NCBI GenBank assembly: GCA_030704615.1
Contig: CM060731.1
Span: 58,032,001-58,096,000 of the forward strand
Length of the DNA: 64,000 nucleotides
DNA from: Takakia lepidozioides
Taxonomy: Eukaryota > Plantae > Bryophyta
Direction: 5' to 3'
The notes under the pieces were generated by a model that was not told where the DNA came from, did not search any database, and saw only the letters and a program-made list of their open reading frames with translations. The number at the start of each line of letters is the position of its first letter. Positions within the stretch are counted from its first letter, which is position 1. Positions 62,938 through 64,000 of the stretch are shown in pieces. A program made the translations under genes and the position numbers.

Positions 62938-63905
62938 AGCACGGAGCAGAGCTGGCATGAGTTTTTTAAAGATCCTTCACGATGGTGGGAGAACCGCAAT
63001 CGCAAGGTGTGGCTTTTTCTCAATGTACGATGTGAAGAAGTTTGTCCATCCTGCAAATGTGGGCTCTTGGCTCCTGTTAGTACCATGATTTGGTATTCTT
63101 CCTGATGTTTACAAGGTTCTTGGGAGAGTCAGCTTGGTCTTAGCAGGCCGGGTTTCAATCTCTGCCTGCTCATCTGCACCGTGGTGGTTCTCACAGACCA
63201 ATCCGAGATTACCTGACTACAGACACAAGCAGCACACACAAGAGGTCCTTTTGGGTTGATGGTCGGTCAAATCCTCCATGGGTCATGACACAAGGTCAAG
63301 GACAATGTGGTGAGGGCACCTTCTTCTTCGACCTATTTCAGCCTGTTTTGCCCTCTCATCAGACTCGGCCCTGAATTTGCATATTGAATATGGTGTCTGC
63401 ATCCAAGTTGTAGCCTTTCATTTGCCATATGTTGCAGTGGATCTGTGGTGGTTTGGAATGAATTTGACAAGTTAGTCCCGATGTGGCAGCAGGAAAGTAT
63501 CCAAAAACAGATAAGATAGATGAGGAGAAGCTTTGGAATGAACACTTCTCCGACGCCAGTCAATGGTGGGACAATGGAGACAAAAAGGTGAATGCCTGTT
63601 GGAAGCAGATGCAAGTCAGCATAGGAACTAGTGTGATAAGTATGGTTGGGGTGTTTGCTGGAAGAATTCTAGGCTGTCATTGTATGTTGCTAGCAGCAAG
63701 GCAAGGATGTATACATGATTTGTGCAGAGGCATGGATAGCTGAAGGAGCAGGATGGAGTGTGGGTCCAGATTCATCCAAGAGGGCCAGAGTTTAAGCACA
63801 AGATTATCTACGATTCCCTGTGGATCAATAGCTACAAGAAACCTGCATGGGTAGATGGTCAACTGGAAGCCGCAGCAGCAGCGGCACAATTGATAAAATC
63901 AGGCA
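62938..63905 (+). pseudogene. Paralogous PDF-motif exons (1a to 63006, 1b 63197-63309, 2a 63493-63587, 2b 63770-~63905); likely the 5' part of a second PDF-PPR gene running off the window
   Basis: SWHEFFKDPSRWWENRNRK|TNPRLPDYRHK; EEKLWNEHFSDASQWWDNGDKK|IHPRGPEFKHKIIYDSLWINSYKKPAWV. Confidence 0.8.
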
Positions 63906-64000
63906 CTGCTAATGAAGGCACCTTCTTCAACACATTTCACCCTGTTTTTCCCTCTTATCAGAACCGGCCCTAAATTTTCATGTTGAATTCTGCAAGTTAG

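Larger units (their letters stand above)
60962..63976. repeat. Right arm of the inverted duplication (probably continues past the window edge)
   Basis: Reverse complement of 29703-32737, apart from arm-specific insertions and deletions. Confidence 0.95.

Overview
Eukaryotic nuclear DNA from a land plant, probably a non-seed plant such as a fern or lycophyte (inferred from the PPR and LINE style). The first 14 kb hold two convergent, intron-rich host genes. One is the 3' part of a full-size ABCB/P-glycoprotein gene (+, ends 9174) whose two ATPase domains both carry substitutions at catalytic residues. The other is a FORKED/VAN3-binding (DUF828+PH) gene (-). The rest is mostly nested mobile DNA: tRNA-derived SINEs, an orphan gypsy-type integrase, LINEs (one inside a (CT)n tract and carrying a solo LTR), MITEs, a 12.9-kb Ty3/gypsy element with extra 3' ORFs and no target-site duplication (TSD), and decayed host exon fragments (AKR2A, RPT4). 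Two things stand out. (1) A PLS-E-DYW PPR editing-factor gene (-, 25960-~30560) whose 5' exons encode OSB/PTAC9-type 'PDF' ssDNA-binding motifs, the last one in the same exon as the PPR array. Its 5' half is repeated in inverted orientation at the right end of the window, and its near-identical 303-bp PLS triplets vary repeatedly at RNA-code residues. (2) A decayed unit at ~52-61 kb pairing an intron-containing IS3/IS481-like DDE integrase (-) with a HECT E3-ligase-domain gene (+), with a palindromic ~100-bp minisatellite between them. All calls are by eye from motifs; no database search was run.
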